Source: Candidatus Saelkia tenebricola | GTDB taxonomy: Bacteria; Omnitrophota; Gorgyraeia; Kaelpiales; Kaelpiaceae | NCBI GenBank assembly: GCA_030765145.1 | Contig: JAVCDA010000082.1 | Location: forward strand, 27,152-91,151 | Length of the DNA: 64,000 nucleotides | Reading direction: 5' to 3' | Part shown: piece after piece, positions 9,464-18,869 of the stretch | Numbering within the stretch: position 1 is the first letter of the stretch | How the letters are laid out: every line of letters begins with the position of its first letter | Translations under genes and position numbers: made by a program | Notes under the pieces: generated by a model | Told to the model about the DNA's origin: nothing | The model's input: the letters and a program-made list of their open reading frames with translations, nothing else | The model's database searches: none

Positions 9464-9546
9464 GCCAGGGTGGCGGAATGGCAGACGCGCGTGATTCAAA
9501 ATCACGTCTCCGTAAGGGGGTGCGGGTTCAAGTCCCGCCTCTGGCA
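9464..9546 (+). tRNA. tRNA-Leu (anticodon CAA), type II with long variable arm
   Basis: Acceptor stem GCCAGGG/CUCUGGC; anticodon stem-loop CGUGA-UUCAAAA-UCACG; long variable arm; T-arm GCGGGTTCAAGTCCCGC. Confidence 0.85.
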
Positions 9547-9566
9547 AATAAATTGTCCTCGAAATA

Positions 9567-9598
9567 AAAAGACCAGATTTAATCTGGTCTATTTTTTA
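9567..9598. terminator. intrinsic (rho-independent) terminator, potentially bidirectional
   Basis: Perfect 8-bp stem GACCAGAT / ATCTGGTC with a TTAA loop, followed by TATTTTTTAA; an A-run on the 5' side gives a T-run on the opposite strand. Confidence 0.7.
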
Positions 9599-9740
9599 AT
9601 TTACCCCCCCACCAATGGCCAAACCCTCTATGTTATATATCGCACATTTTTAATACTTTGTCAAATCTATATAAATTTTTTACTAATCAATGTTACAAAA
9701 GATAAACTATTGGCTATAAAAGAGTTAAATTCTGATATTC

Positions 9741-10415
9741 CTAAAATCCGGACCTGACCAGATAAAAACCGAAAGATATAAGAATTACACCAGCAATAAT
9801 TTCAAAAACTCTAAGATGCTTTCTCACCTTTTCAAACAGCGTTAAAAATAAAGATAACGATACTGCAGAAACCATAAAAGGAACTCCAATACCTAAAGAA
9901 AACATACCTAAAAGCAATCCTCCCCTGGCAGCAGTTGCACCTACACTAGCCATGGTCAGAATAGCAACTAAGATTGGGGTTGCACAAGCAGTAAAACTGA
10001 GTGCAAATACTCCTCCTACAAAAAATGTACCCAATAACCCTGCCGGTTTTATCCGAGGCATAAAACTCTTTGCGCTTAAAAACAATCTGAATTTATTCTG
10101 AAACAAAAGATAACTTCCTAAACCAATAATTATAACTCCACCGATTTTCTGAATCGGTAATTTTAACCTAAAAATATATTCACCTATAACTGAAGCTCCT
10201 AAACCGAGAGAAATAAATAGAAATGAAAATCCCAGCATAAAAAACAAAGCATTAACAATAAGTTTTTTACGCGCTTTTTGAGAATCTGTTTTTAACTCCT
10301 GAAAAGACACCCCGCTGATAAAAGAAAGAAAACTTGGCACAAGCGGCAGAATGCAGGGTGAGAAAAAATATGAAATACCTGATAAAAAGGCTATACCTAA
10401 TGAGAGCTCATTCAT
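9741..10415 (-). CDS. ccdA: cytochrome c-type biogenesis protein CcdA / DsbD transmembrane-domain protein
   Basis: N-terminus AFLSGISYFFSPCILPLVPSFLSF with the conserved Cys in TM1; six-TM topology; 224 aa. Confidence 0.8.
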   Translation of the reverse strand: MNELSLGIAFLSGISYFFSPCILPLVPSFLSFISGVSFQELKTDSQKARKKLIVNALFFMLGFSFLFISLGLGASVIGEYIFRLKLPIQKIGGVIIIGLGSYLLFQNKFRLFLSAKSFMPRIKPAGLLGTFFVGGVFALSFTACATPILVAILTMASVGATAARGGLLLGMFSLGIGVPFMVSAVSLSLFLTLFEKVRKHLRVFEIIAGVILISFGFYLVRSGF

Positions 10416-10962
10416 TTACCAGCCGCTCTAAGTAATCAGCCACATCGCTAGATGACCAGTCCAAAACCCCTTTTACTCCTGCAGATATTTTAAACTTTTT
10501 ATCTATAATAAATGAAGATGGATATACATTTACCCTGTATTTATATGCTGATATACCTATCGGATCCAAATAAACAGGAAATTTTACATCTATTGTTTCT
10601 ATATATTTAGAAATCACCTCTGCAGGTTCACCTTCAAATACAGCAACTAATTCAACAGCATCATTTGCTGCAATTTGAGAATAAAATTCTTCTAATAAAT
10701 CAGCTTCTATTGCGCAAGCGCCACATTTTCTAAACCGTATATTTAAAATTATCACCTTACCTTTAAAATCAGAAAGTTTATACTTATTGCCATCTAAATC
10801 CTGAAAGCTAAAATCTATCGCATCTACTCTTTCTAAAGAAGAAGCGTCTTCCTGCCTTGAAGAAACACCTGGGGTAGCGACTCCAGGCTGTATTACAAAT
10901 TTAAAATAAAAAATAACCCCTATTCCAATTGTTAATAAAAGAATAAGGGCTAATTTTTTCAT
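10408..10962 (-). CDS. TlpA/ResA-like thiol:disulfide oxidoreductase (thioredoxin fold)
   Basis: Signal/anchor N-terminus; CGAC active-site CxxC within a thioredoxin-like region (KVIILNIRFRKCGACAIE); adjacent to and overlapping ccdA by 8 nt. Confidence 0.75.
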   Translation of the reverse strand: MKKLALILLLTIGIGVIFYFKFVIQPGVATPGVSSRQEDASSLERVDAIDFSFQDLDGNKYKLSDFKGKVIILNIRFRKCGACAIEADLLEEFYSQIAANDAVELVAVFEGEPAEVISKYIETIDVKFPVYLDPIGISAYKYRVNVYPSSFIIDKKFKISAGVKGVLDWSSSDVADYLERLVNE

Positions 10963-10971
10963 AATCTATTT

Positions 10972-13377
10972 TTATACACCCATAACAACTTTGACTTTAT
11001 GCTCTTTGGAATCTGAAATAATGGGAAGCAAATTCCCTGTTATTTTATTACCATCCAGATATACCTCTTTAACACCATGAGAAACTTTTTGAGGATTTTC
11101 AACCTCTATATTGTACACAGCACCTCTAAATGTTCTTTTAACTTTAAAACCTTCCCAGCTTGATGGAATACAAGGGTCGATCAAAAGCCCGTCTTCCTGG
11201 GCACGTAAACCTAAAATCCAATTGCTGCTGGCATGGAAATACCAGGCACCGCTTCCTGAATACCAAGACCAACCTCCACGTCCATAATTTTCCGAATCAG
11301 GTCCGTCAACATTACCCGAAGTAACATAAGGTTCGACAAAATATAAATCCGGATCCATTCCCCGTTTAACAGGAGAAAAACGCGAATATACATCATACGC
11401 CTTATCTCCTTTTTTCATTTTACACTCGGCAATAATCGCCCAGCAAGCAGCATGGGTATAGACTCCTCCATTCTCTCTAACCCCCGGAGCATAACGCGAA
11501 AGATAACCTATCATAGGGTCAGGATTCTTGTATGCCGGAGAAAATAATATCGGGCCGTAATTTTTCAACAGATGCTCTTCAGCACTTTCTAAAGCAGTGT
11601 TTTTCCGCTCTTCGGTAGTTGTATCATTTAAAATTGACCATGTCTGAGCATTAAGAAAAATTTTTCCTTCGCTACAGCTCTTGCTTCCCAAGGGATCTCC
11701 ATTATCCTTTGTAGCTCTGATGAACCATTCTCCATCCCAACCGAATTCATTAATGGCTTTCTTAAGTTCTTCTGCACGTTTTAAATAATTACCTGCCTTA
11801 TCTTTATTCCCTTTTTTTTCACAAAGCGGGGCAAATCTTTTTAAAATCCCATAAAGAAAATGCCCCAGCCAAACGCTTTCTCCTTTCCAGTCTAAACCTA
11901 CTGCACTCATGCCATCGTTCCAGTCACCTTCACCTATCAAAGGCAACCCCCGAGGACTAAATCTGGAAAGCACAAGGTCTATTGCTCTTATACAATGCTG
12001 GTATAACTCTTCTTCCTCGCCGTCTACATAAGGTTCTTTCTGATCCAGAATTGCAAAATCTCCGGTTTCATCCAGATAAAAAGATATAATGTAAGGCATC
12101 CAGAGCAAGTCATCTGTCATCTCTGTCTTGGCTCCCAGCTCCGTTAATGGATGCCACCAATGATAAACTGCTCCATCTTTAAACTGATGTCTGGCATGAA
12201 GCAAAATCTGTTTTTTGGTCAATTCCGGCTTAAGAGGCAAAAACGCAAGTGAATCCTGCAGTTGGTCTCTAAATCCATATCCGCCGCTGCATTGATAATA
12301 CGCAGTTCTAGCCCAAATACGAGCTGCTATTGCTTGGTATCTCAACCAATAATTGGTTACAACATCAAATGCTTTATCCGGGGTTTCCACTTGAAGCGGA
12401 GAAATAAACTCATCCCAGAAATCTATCGTCTTTTTAAAAGCTTCTTCAATATTCTCTGGTTTGGAATATTGTTTTATTAGTTGGGAGCTTTTTACTTCAT
12501 TTTCATTATAGCCCAATAAAAACACAACCTCTTTTTCTTCGCCAGGTGCTAAAGTAATATCTACCTGTAAACTTGCTATAGAATCATTCCATTTGCCAAC
12601 TTTATTTTTAAGCTTTCCTTCCTCAATTGCTTCAGGATTAGCAAATGTTTTATAGCGTCCAAAAAAGTTTCTCTTATCACCTTCGAAACCAGCAATAGGA
12701 GCATTCACGCTATGAAACCCGTCACCTGTATATTCTTTTAGCCCTGTAGAGATAAAACCTGGAATAGGAACTTTTCTCTTAGTAGCAAAAATGGCATTTA
12801 ATTCTTTATTGAATGAAGTTTCAATAAATGTTCTCTGAAACTCCCTGTGTATATCTTCGGAATTACCTAAACACCATTCCAGATAACTAAACAAACTCAA
12901 GTTTCTTTTTTTATCGGACTTGTTTATAACTTTTACCTTCCATACTTCAAGCGGAGCATCAGGTGGTACAAACATTGTTATGACGTTTTCTATTCCCTTA
13001 TATTCTGTATGATAAACAGTGTAACCTATGCCATAACGAACCTCAAATTTATCAAATTTAACCTGAGTAGGTTTATAGAATAAAGACCAATACGAATCTT
13101 CATCGTTATCCCTCAAATACAGGAATTTTCCCCATTCTTCCCTCACTAAATCCTGGACCCAGCGGGTCATTCTACACATCTGGGCATTACCCCACCAGCT
13201 AAAACCGCACCCCGTCTGAGACATTACAGTTCCGTAATCAGGATTGGTTAAGACATTCATCCAAGGCATCGGAGTTAAAGGAGTTTTTATTACGTATTCC
13301 CTGCCTCCTGATGCGAAAAATCCATATTTGGTCTCAAAAAGCTTTTCCCCTTGATAATATGTTTCTAATTCTTTCAT
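10972..13377 (-). CDS. glycoside hydrolase family 94 protein (cellobiose/chitobiose phosphorylase-like)
   Basis: 801 aa; N-terminus GFFASGGREYVIKTPLTPMPWMNVLTN matches the cellobiose phosphorylase N-terminal domain; central (alpha/alpha)6 barrel region with conserved acidic residues. Confidence 0.8.
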   Translation of the reverse strand: MKELETYYQGEKLFETKYGFFASGGREYVIKTPLTPMPWMNVLTNPDYGTVMSQTGCGFSWWGNAQMCRMTRWVQDLVREEWGKFLYLRDNDEDSYWSLFYKPTQVKFDKFEVRYGIGYTVYHTEYKGIENVITMFVPPDAPLEVWKVKVINKSDKKRNLSLFSYLEWCLGNSEDIHREFQRTFIETSFNKELNAIFATKRKVPIPGFISTGLKEYTGDGFHSVNAPIAGFEGDKRNFFGRYKTFANPEAIEEGKLKNKVGKWNDSIASLQVDITLAPGEEKEVVFLLGYNENEVKSSQLIKQYSKPENIEEAFKKTIDFWDEFISPLQVETPDKAFDVVTNYWLRYQAIAARIWARTAYYQCSGGYGFRDQLQDSLAFLPLKPELTKKQILLHARHQFKDGAVYHWWHPLTELGAKTEMTDDLLWMPYIISFYLDETGDFAILDQKEPYVDGEEEELYQHCIRAIDLVLSRFSPRGLPLIGEGDWNDGMSAVGLDWKGESVWLGHFLYGILKRFAPLCEKKGNKDKAGNYLKRAEELKKAINEFGWDGEWFIRATKDNGDPLGSKSCSEGKIFLNAQTWSILNDTTTEERKNTALESAEEHLLKNYGPILFSPAYKNPDPMIGYLSRYAPGVRENGGVYTHAACWAIIAECKMKKGDKAYDVYSRFSPVKRGMDPDLYFVEPYVTSGNVDGPDSENYGRGGWSWYSGSGAWYFHASSNWILGLRAQEDGLLIDPCIPSSWEGFKVKRTFRGAVYNIEVENPQKVSHGVKEVYLDGNKITGNLLPIISDSKEHKVKVVMGV

Positions 13378-13405
13378 ACTTTGTATACTCCTCCTTCTTT
13401 TTTAG

Positions 13406-13480
13406 CGGCCCTAACGGGATTTGAACCCGTGTCGCCGGAATGAGAGTCCGATATCCTAGACCGGGCTAGACGATAGGGCC
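13406..13480 (-). tRNA. tRNA-Glu (anticodon CUC)
   Basis: Reverse complement folds as a cloverleaf: acceptor GGCCCUA/UAGGGCC, anticodon loop CUCUCAU (U33, CUC, A37), T-arm ACGGGTTCAAATCCCGT. Confidence 0.8.
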
Positions 13481-13484
13481 GATT

Positions 13485-13530
13485 CTTTTAGTGTCTATAT
13501 ATATTACAAAACGAATTAAATTTCAAGCTA
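13485..13530 (-). promoter_or_regulatory. candidate promoter for tRNA-Glu (and possibly the downstream GH94 gene)
   Basis: On the minus strand, TTGAAA followed about 16 nt later by a TAATAT/TATATA -10-like box, roughly 10 nt before the tRNA 5' end. Confidence 0.3.
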
Positions 13531-13536
13531 TATATG

Positions 13537-14475
13537 TTAAAATTGCAATTTTAACATTCTTAATTGATTTAATGGATGCCTAAAAGAGAAATCTATTTCC
13601 CGCCAACAGGGCCTGATGCATCCTATACAACTACCGATTAATTCTTTTATTTCTTCGTTCTCATTACCTCTGAATTTATGACAGGGAGAAAAAGACCCTT
13701 CAGGCGAAATAGAAAAATAAAGCCTTCCTGCATAACAACGAGGATTCTTAAAAAAGCCTTTAAAGTAATCTTTAGAAGATTCTAAAAATCTATCACTATT
13801 AAATATCACCTTACGTTTCTTGGATAAAACTTCATAAATACTATCAATATCCCCATAATCTTTCTCTTGGAATTTAAACTCAGCTTCTGGATTTTCAATC
13901 GGTACCAATGAAACCATAAAATCATATCCCCTTGCAAATTCAACTATTTGGGGTAATTCTTTTAGATTTAACCGTGACACTACAACATTTAATAACTTAA
14001 TCCTGTTCTTAAAATACCGGCTAACCAATTCTATGGAATTTGAAACACTTTTTAAATAATCATTACCGGTTATAAAAGCATATTTTTCCTCATCAAGAGT
14101 GTCTAAAGATATAGATATTCCATCTAATCCGGCTTTATAGAACTCAACAATTAAATTTTCATTCAATAAAACTGCATTAGTAAGCAATCTTACTTTTATG
14201 CTTTCCTGCTCAAATATCTCTACAACCGTAACAATATCATCTCTCAACAAAGGCTCCCCCCCGCCTATACTGATGTATAAAATGCCCGAATCTGATAAAT
14301 TTTTTGCCATTTTCTTTATCTCGATCACAGAAAGCTCTTTTTCGAATTTATCCTCTGTAACTTTACACATTCGGCAAGCAAGATTACATCTGTGTGTAAT
14401 GCCATAATGGACATATACTGGTCTTGGTCTTCCTAAAACAAAAGATAAAAGACTATAAAATTGAGATATTTTCAT
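13537..14475 (-). CDS. radical SAM protein with a C-terminal SPASM-like Cys cluster
   Basis: CNLACRMC (Cx3Cx2C) near the N-terminus; C-terminal cysteines (SPCHKF...GSCIGCIRPC) resemble a SPASM/twitch auxiliary-cluster domain. Confidence 0.75.
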   Translation of the reverse strand: MKISQFYSLLSFVLGRPRPVYVHYGITHRCNLACRMCKVTEDKFEKELSVIEIKKMAKNLSDSGILYISIGGGEPLLRDDIVTVVEIFEQESIKVRLLTNAVLLNENLIVEFYKAGLDGISISLDTLDEEKYAFITGNDYLKSVSNSIELVSRYFKNRIKLLNVVVSRLNLKELPQIVEFARGYDFMVSLVPIENPEAEFKFQEKDYGDIDSIYEVLSKKRKVIFNSDRFLESSKDYFKGFFKNPRCYAGRLYFSISPEGSFSPCHKFRGNENEEIKELIGSCIGCIRPCWREIDFSFRHPLNQLRMLKLQF

Positions 14476-16049
14476 CTTTTAATACGCTTAAAAATTTTTA
14501 TCTTGCACAATCTATACGTTTCATAGTCCATTGTTATCTCTTTTATGAAAATAAATTCGCCTAACCTTTTTTTAAACTCATCCTGCAGTGCTAATAAATG
14601 CTCCTTTCGATAACCTGGAAAATCACTTTCAAAATCGCTCTCGATATAAAAAATAAAATCTGATTTGTCTATAATATCCGAGGGTAGCATTGCATTATCA
14701 ACTAAAGATAGCAAATCCTCGAATTGTACTCTGCTTGAGATTTTCTTCATTGCACATGCATATTTTATTACATCTATGATAAATGGATTAACGTCACATA
14801 AATTGTCTGGGACAACACCAATTTCTACAGCTTTATCCTTTTCTCTAACTATATTAATTATTTCATCAACATTTCTTATCTTCGACATAGGAAAGACTTT
14901 TCCAATAATAAAATAATTACTAACTGGATTCGACTTACTATGCTTTAATTCAACAAAAGAAACTATAGACAAACTACATGTGAGAATAAACAAAAATTTA
15001 ATGTTTACTTTTTCACCTACCTTGCCAATAGCATAGGTTATTAAAATAGCAACTCCGGGAAGCAAGGGAATAGTATGTTTTGGAAGTAATACTGCAGGGT
15101 GAAAAATCAAGATAAAAAAGGATATAACAACCCATAGAAAAATACATATTAATTCCTTCTTTTTAAACCTGATGATTTCCATAAACGCATAGAGAATACT
15201 TATCAAGCCAACCCAATAGTAGCAAGTGGAAATCTGTAAATATAGAACACCGTAATAAGGAATTAAAAATGTTTTAATCTCATAAATAAATTTAGAAAAT
15301 TGTGAACCTAAATTTTCCGATTGAACACAACGACTGAGATAACTAAAGAACAATTCCCGTGCTGGCTTATCAATCAAAACCGCTAAACACCATATTGCTG
15401 GAATAATAATCATTAACAAGCAAGCTATGAAAAAATTTCTATACGCCGGACTTGACCTTTTTATATTTAAAATATAAAAAAATACACCGGGTATTACAAA
15501 AAAGATAAAGTATGGATGAATTAAAAATCCGATTATATTTATTATTGCCCAAAATAAAGTATATTTTTTATCTTCAAAAAAACGCGAACTAATTAACAAA
15601 TAATGACTCAAAACAACAACTGCCGTTAAAGCAACGCTATGGTGACAAGCTCTTGAAAAACCTATTATTCCTGGAAAACCTAAAAGTATAATTACAGCAA
15701 TTAACCCGTATATCGGGGTTAATAATTTTCTACCCAAAAGATAGGTTGAAATAACAAGCATAATTACCCATAAAAAGTTAACCCCTGCCATTACATCCGT
15801 ATTTTCTCCAAAGAGAACGTAAAATGGAACTGGCAACAATCTTTGCAATGGCGGGATAACATTACTTCTGATTTTTTTAAAAAAATCAGAAGGGTCGCTT
15901 TTTAAAGCATGAAAATATTGGATACTGGCAGAGAAACTCCTATACTCATCATGAACAGGATAAAGCTCATCTTGTTTCAGAAAAATAAAGTGTAAAATCG
16001 CAATAACAACAATTAAAACTGCTAAGAAAATTACAGATTTCTTTTCCAA
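14472..16049 (-). CDS. polytopic membrane protein, GT-C fold-like (ArnT/PMT_2-like putative glycosyltransferase)
   Basis: At least 11 predicted TM helices; the first loop contains PVHDEYRS (DE motif in the position of the ArnT/PMT catalytic Asp-Glu); C-terminal soluble domain of about 150 aa. Confidence 0.5.
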   Translation of the reverse strand: MEKKSVIFLAVLIVVIAILHFIFLKQDELYPVHDEYRSFSASIQYFHALKSDPSDFFKKIRSNVIPPLQRLLPVPFYVLFGENTDVMAGVNFLWVIMLVISTYLLGRKLLTPIYGLIAVIILLGFPGIIGFSRACHHSVALTAVVVLSHYLLISSRFFEDKKYTLFWAIINIIGFLIHPYFIFFVIPGVFFYILNIKRSSPAYRNFFIACLLMIIIPAIWCLAVLIDKPARELFFSYLSRCVQSENLGSQFSKFIYEIKTFLIPYYGVLYLQISTCYYWVGLISILYAFMEIIRFKKKELICIFLWVVISFFILIFHPAVLLPKHTIPLLPGVAILITYAIGKVGEKVNIKFLFILTCSLSIVSFVELKHSKSNPVSNYFIIGKVFPMSKIRNVDEIINIVREKDKAVEIGVVPDNLCDVNPFIIDVIKYACAMKKISSRVQFEDLLSLVDNAMLPSDIIDKSDFIFYIESDFESDFPGYRKEHLLALQDEFKKRLGEFIFIKEITMDYETYRLCKIKIFKRIKR

Positions 16050-17398
16050 AATAATCTTAATCCTTTTTTTATGATTGCGATTCGGAAATAAAATCTTTTA
16101 TAGGCTAATCTTACTAACTGTTGTAACTCTTTTCTACTCAAATTCTCTTCCCAAAACGGAAGTTTGAAATCCTTAGATGGATATGTAATAAAATCTTGCC
16201 AATATTTTGAGGGGATTATTTTCTTATCTACCGCATCGAAATAAAGCTTTGTCTTAGGATATATAGCCAGGATGTTAAACATGCAATAATCGGGATCCAA
16301 TTTAAGGGCAAAATCAATTGTATCTAAAACCTGCACCTTGCTCTTTTCATAAGGAGTCCCGATCAAAAAATAGGCTACAGTTTCAATGCCGTGTTTCTTG
16401 CAAAGTTTAAAAGCATTTGTGATATCTTCAATGTTGGCATTTTTATTAAGCGAGTCTAATCCTTTATCACTGGAAGCCTCAACGCCAAAATGAATTCTGA
16501 CGCAACCACTTTCTCTTAAATCTCTTACCAATGCATCTGTTACCACATTAACCCGGCCTCTAAAACTCCAGGAGATGTTACAACTTTTAATCTGAGAAAT
16601 AAATTCCTGAACCCATTGGATATCAGTATTAAAAGTATCATCCACAAAATATATCTCCTCAAACCCCAGTCTTATACAAGCATCGATTTCCTTAAGTACA
16701 TTATCAACAGAACGTTTCCTGAATTTGAAATTTGGCACCAAACAAAAACTGCAATGAAAAGGGCACCCTCGTGAAGAAACCATGGTAGCAATTCTTCTTT
16801 TCCCGGATAAACGGTAGCTATACTTCTTCCCCAGCATTAAATCCCGGGCCGGAAACTCTATTTTATCTAAATCATCTATTACCGCAGGAGCATACTCCAC
16901 GGGATTTTTATTTTTGAAATAAACCCCTTTTATTTCATTTAGATTTTCTTTTCTCTTGAAATCTAAAACCAGCTCTGTAAATGCCTCTTCCCCGTCTCCT
17001 ACAGTAATTGAATCTACACCATTTAATCCAAGTGCCTCTTGAGGAAAAAGAGTAACATGCGGACCACCTAAATTAACATGAGTATGCAAGGAAATTTTCT
17101 TAATTATTTTAACAACTTTTGAAACAGTCAAAATATTATGGGTGATTGCTAATATTCCAACTATATCAGGCTTATAACTCTTAACATATCTCGAGAGACG
17201 TTTATAATTTATTTTGGCTTCCAAAGAATCCAAAAATTTCAGTTCGATTTCATCGCTATGCCTCTTAAGTGAACTGACTAAATAAAGAAGCCCGAGTTGA
17301 GGCAAGTTGCCAAGATTTTTATTTATCAATAAAGGCAATTCCGTTGTTATCATATCTTCACATGGCGGATTTAATAAAAGTACTTTAACTCGTTTCAT
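16031..17398 (-). CDS. B12-binding-domain radical SAM protein (class B)
   Basis: N-terminal Rossmann-like cobalamin-binding region (VLLLNPP...) followed by SSRGCPFHCSFC; 455 aa. Confidence 0.85.
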   Translation of the reverse strand: MKRVKVLLLNPPCEDMITTELPLLINKNLGNLPQLGLLYLVSSLKRHSDEIELKFLDSLEAKINYKRLSRYVKSYKPDIVGILAITHNILTVSKVVKIIKKISLHTHVNLGGPHVTLFPQEALGLNGVDSITVGDGEEAFTELVLDFKRKENLNEIKGVYFKNKNPVEYAPAVIDDLDKIEFPARDLMLGKKYSYRLSGKRRIATMVSSRGCPFHCSFCLVPNFKFRKRSVDNVLKEIDACIRLGFEEIYFVDDTFNTDIQWVQEFISQIKSCNISWSFRGRVNVVTDALVRDLRESGCVRIHFGVEASSDKGLDSLNKNANIEDITNAFKLCKKHGIETVAYFLIGTPYEKSKVQVLDTIDFALKLDPDYCMFNILAIYPKTKLYFDAVDKKIIPSKYWQDFITYPSKDFKLPFWEENLSRKELQQLVRLAYKRFYFRIAIIKKGLRLFWKRNL

Positions 17399-17447
17399 AA
17401 CTATATAAAGCTCTCCCGCAACAATTGATTTATCCTAAAAATACCTT

Positions 17448-18869
17448 CTATGTTTTTCCTGTAAAATACCATTTCAAATACGCTCCTCCTGCAAAAAACC
17501 AAGAAGTTGCATCTGCACAAGATTTAAAGGAAATTAACCGTCTAAAAACATATTTTGGATTGAGAAAAAATTCTGCTGTCATTTTTTTTTGTAATATTAC
17601 TAAATCTTTTGCTGAGAAATGTTCAGTATGCCACTTTGGAATTCTTCCAAACATCTCAAAATCCTCCCAATCAATATCTTCATGCAACATATCTTTTGCT
17701 TTCATCATCTCATGTATAGCTGTGCCAGGAAAAGGAACAATAATTGCAACTGAAATTATCGTCCAGGGCAAAGAATGAATCATTTCTCTTGTCATTTCAA
17801 TATCTTCCATTGTCTCTGATGGATGTACCCCAATAATAAAATTACCTTCAATATGCTCAATTCCTGCCTCTTTTGCCCAATAAACGGCTTTTTCGATCTG
17901 GGCAAAAGAAAAATTCTTCTCGATTAAATCACGAATTCTTTGACTACCCGACTCTATTCCAAAAGTAACTTTTCTACAACCGCTTTTGACCATCATTTTA
18001 AGTAAATTTTTTGATATTTTATCTACTCTTGTTTCACAATTCCAGGATTTTACACCATGTGAAAGAAAAATATCACAAATCTCCAAAGACCTCTCTTCAT
18101 CTAATCCAAATGTATCATCCGCAACTACTATGTGTTTAACTTTGTTCTGCTCTATGAGCTGCTTAACTTCCTCTTCAATAAATTCTGTCTTTCTAAACCT
18201 AGCCTTTCTTCCAAATGCAGCGGAAACAGCACAAAAAGCACAACTAAATGGACATCCGCGAGAAGTAAAAAGCTCAGCTGAAGAAATTTTATTTGAAAAT
18301 CCCTTTGCTGAATACCCCGGTTGTTTCCTATTTTTAAAAAGATCCCTGGCAGGGAATGGGATCGAGTCTAAATCTTCAATTAAATCCCTCAAAGGATTTT
18401 GAATTATTTTCCCCTCGCTTCTGTAAACCAAACCTTTGATTTCTTCTGTCTTTTTTTCATTTTGAATACAATCACACAATTCAAGTAAAGTAACTTCTCC
18501 TTCTCCGTAAACAAGATAGTCAAAGTCAGAAAATTCATGAAGTGTCTGCTGAGGAAGACAATTAGCATGAGCTCCGCCAACAACAGTAGCTATCTTGGAA
18601 GAAAAAGATTTTACTACAGCACATATTTTGGCTCCGTTTTTTATTGTTGAAGTTGTACAGGAAATTCCTACAATCCCAGGAGAATTTGTTTTTAACTTTT
18701 CAAAAAAAGCAATCTCATTATACATTTCAATCTCATAATCAATAATCTCAACGTTATACCCGAATTTACGTATATATGCTGCTAAATAAGCAAGATTCAT
18801 CGGTTTAGTATGAGGTAAAAGACACAAATGCTGTAACAGGCTAGGCGGACGAATCAATAAAATATTCAC
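17448..18869 (-). CDS. B12-binding-domain radical SAM protein (class B)
   Basis: MNILLIRPP... B12-binding N-terminus followed by SRGCPFSCAFC; 473 aa. Confidence 0.85.
   Translation of the reverse strand: MNILLIRPPSLLQHLCLLPHTKPMNLAYLAAYIRKFGYNVEIIDYEIEMYNEIAFFEKLKTNSPGIVGISCTTSTIKNGAKICAVVKSFSSKIATVVGGAHANCLPQQTLHEFSDFDYLVYGEGEVTLLELCDCIQNEKKTEEIKGLVYRSEGKIIQNPLRDLIEDLDSIPFPARDLFKNRKQPGYSAKGFSNKISSAELFTSRGCPFSCAFCAVSAAFGRKARFRKTEFIEEEVKQLIEQNKVKHIVVADDTFGLDEERSLEICDIFLSHGVKSWNCETRVDKISKNLLKMMVKSGCRKVTFGIESGSQRIRDLIEKNFSFAQIEKAVYWAKEAGIEHIEGNFIIGVHPSETMEDIEMTREMIHSLPWTIISVAIIVPFPGTAIHEMMKAKDMLHEDIDWEDFEMFGRIPKWHTEHFSAKDLVILQKKMTAEFFLNPKYVFRRLISFKSCADATSWFFAGGAYLKWYFTGKT

Noticed and set aside
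9470-9757. 95-aa plus-strand ORF overlapping tRNA-Leu and the intrinsic terminator
   Set aside because: Its 5' end overlaps the tRNA-Leu cloverleaf and it reads through the terminator hairpin. Its composition looks like translated non-coding AT-rich DNA.
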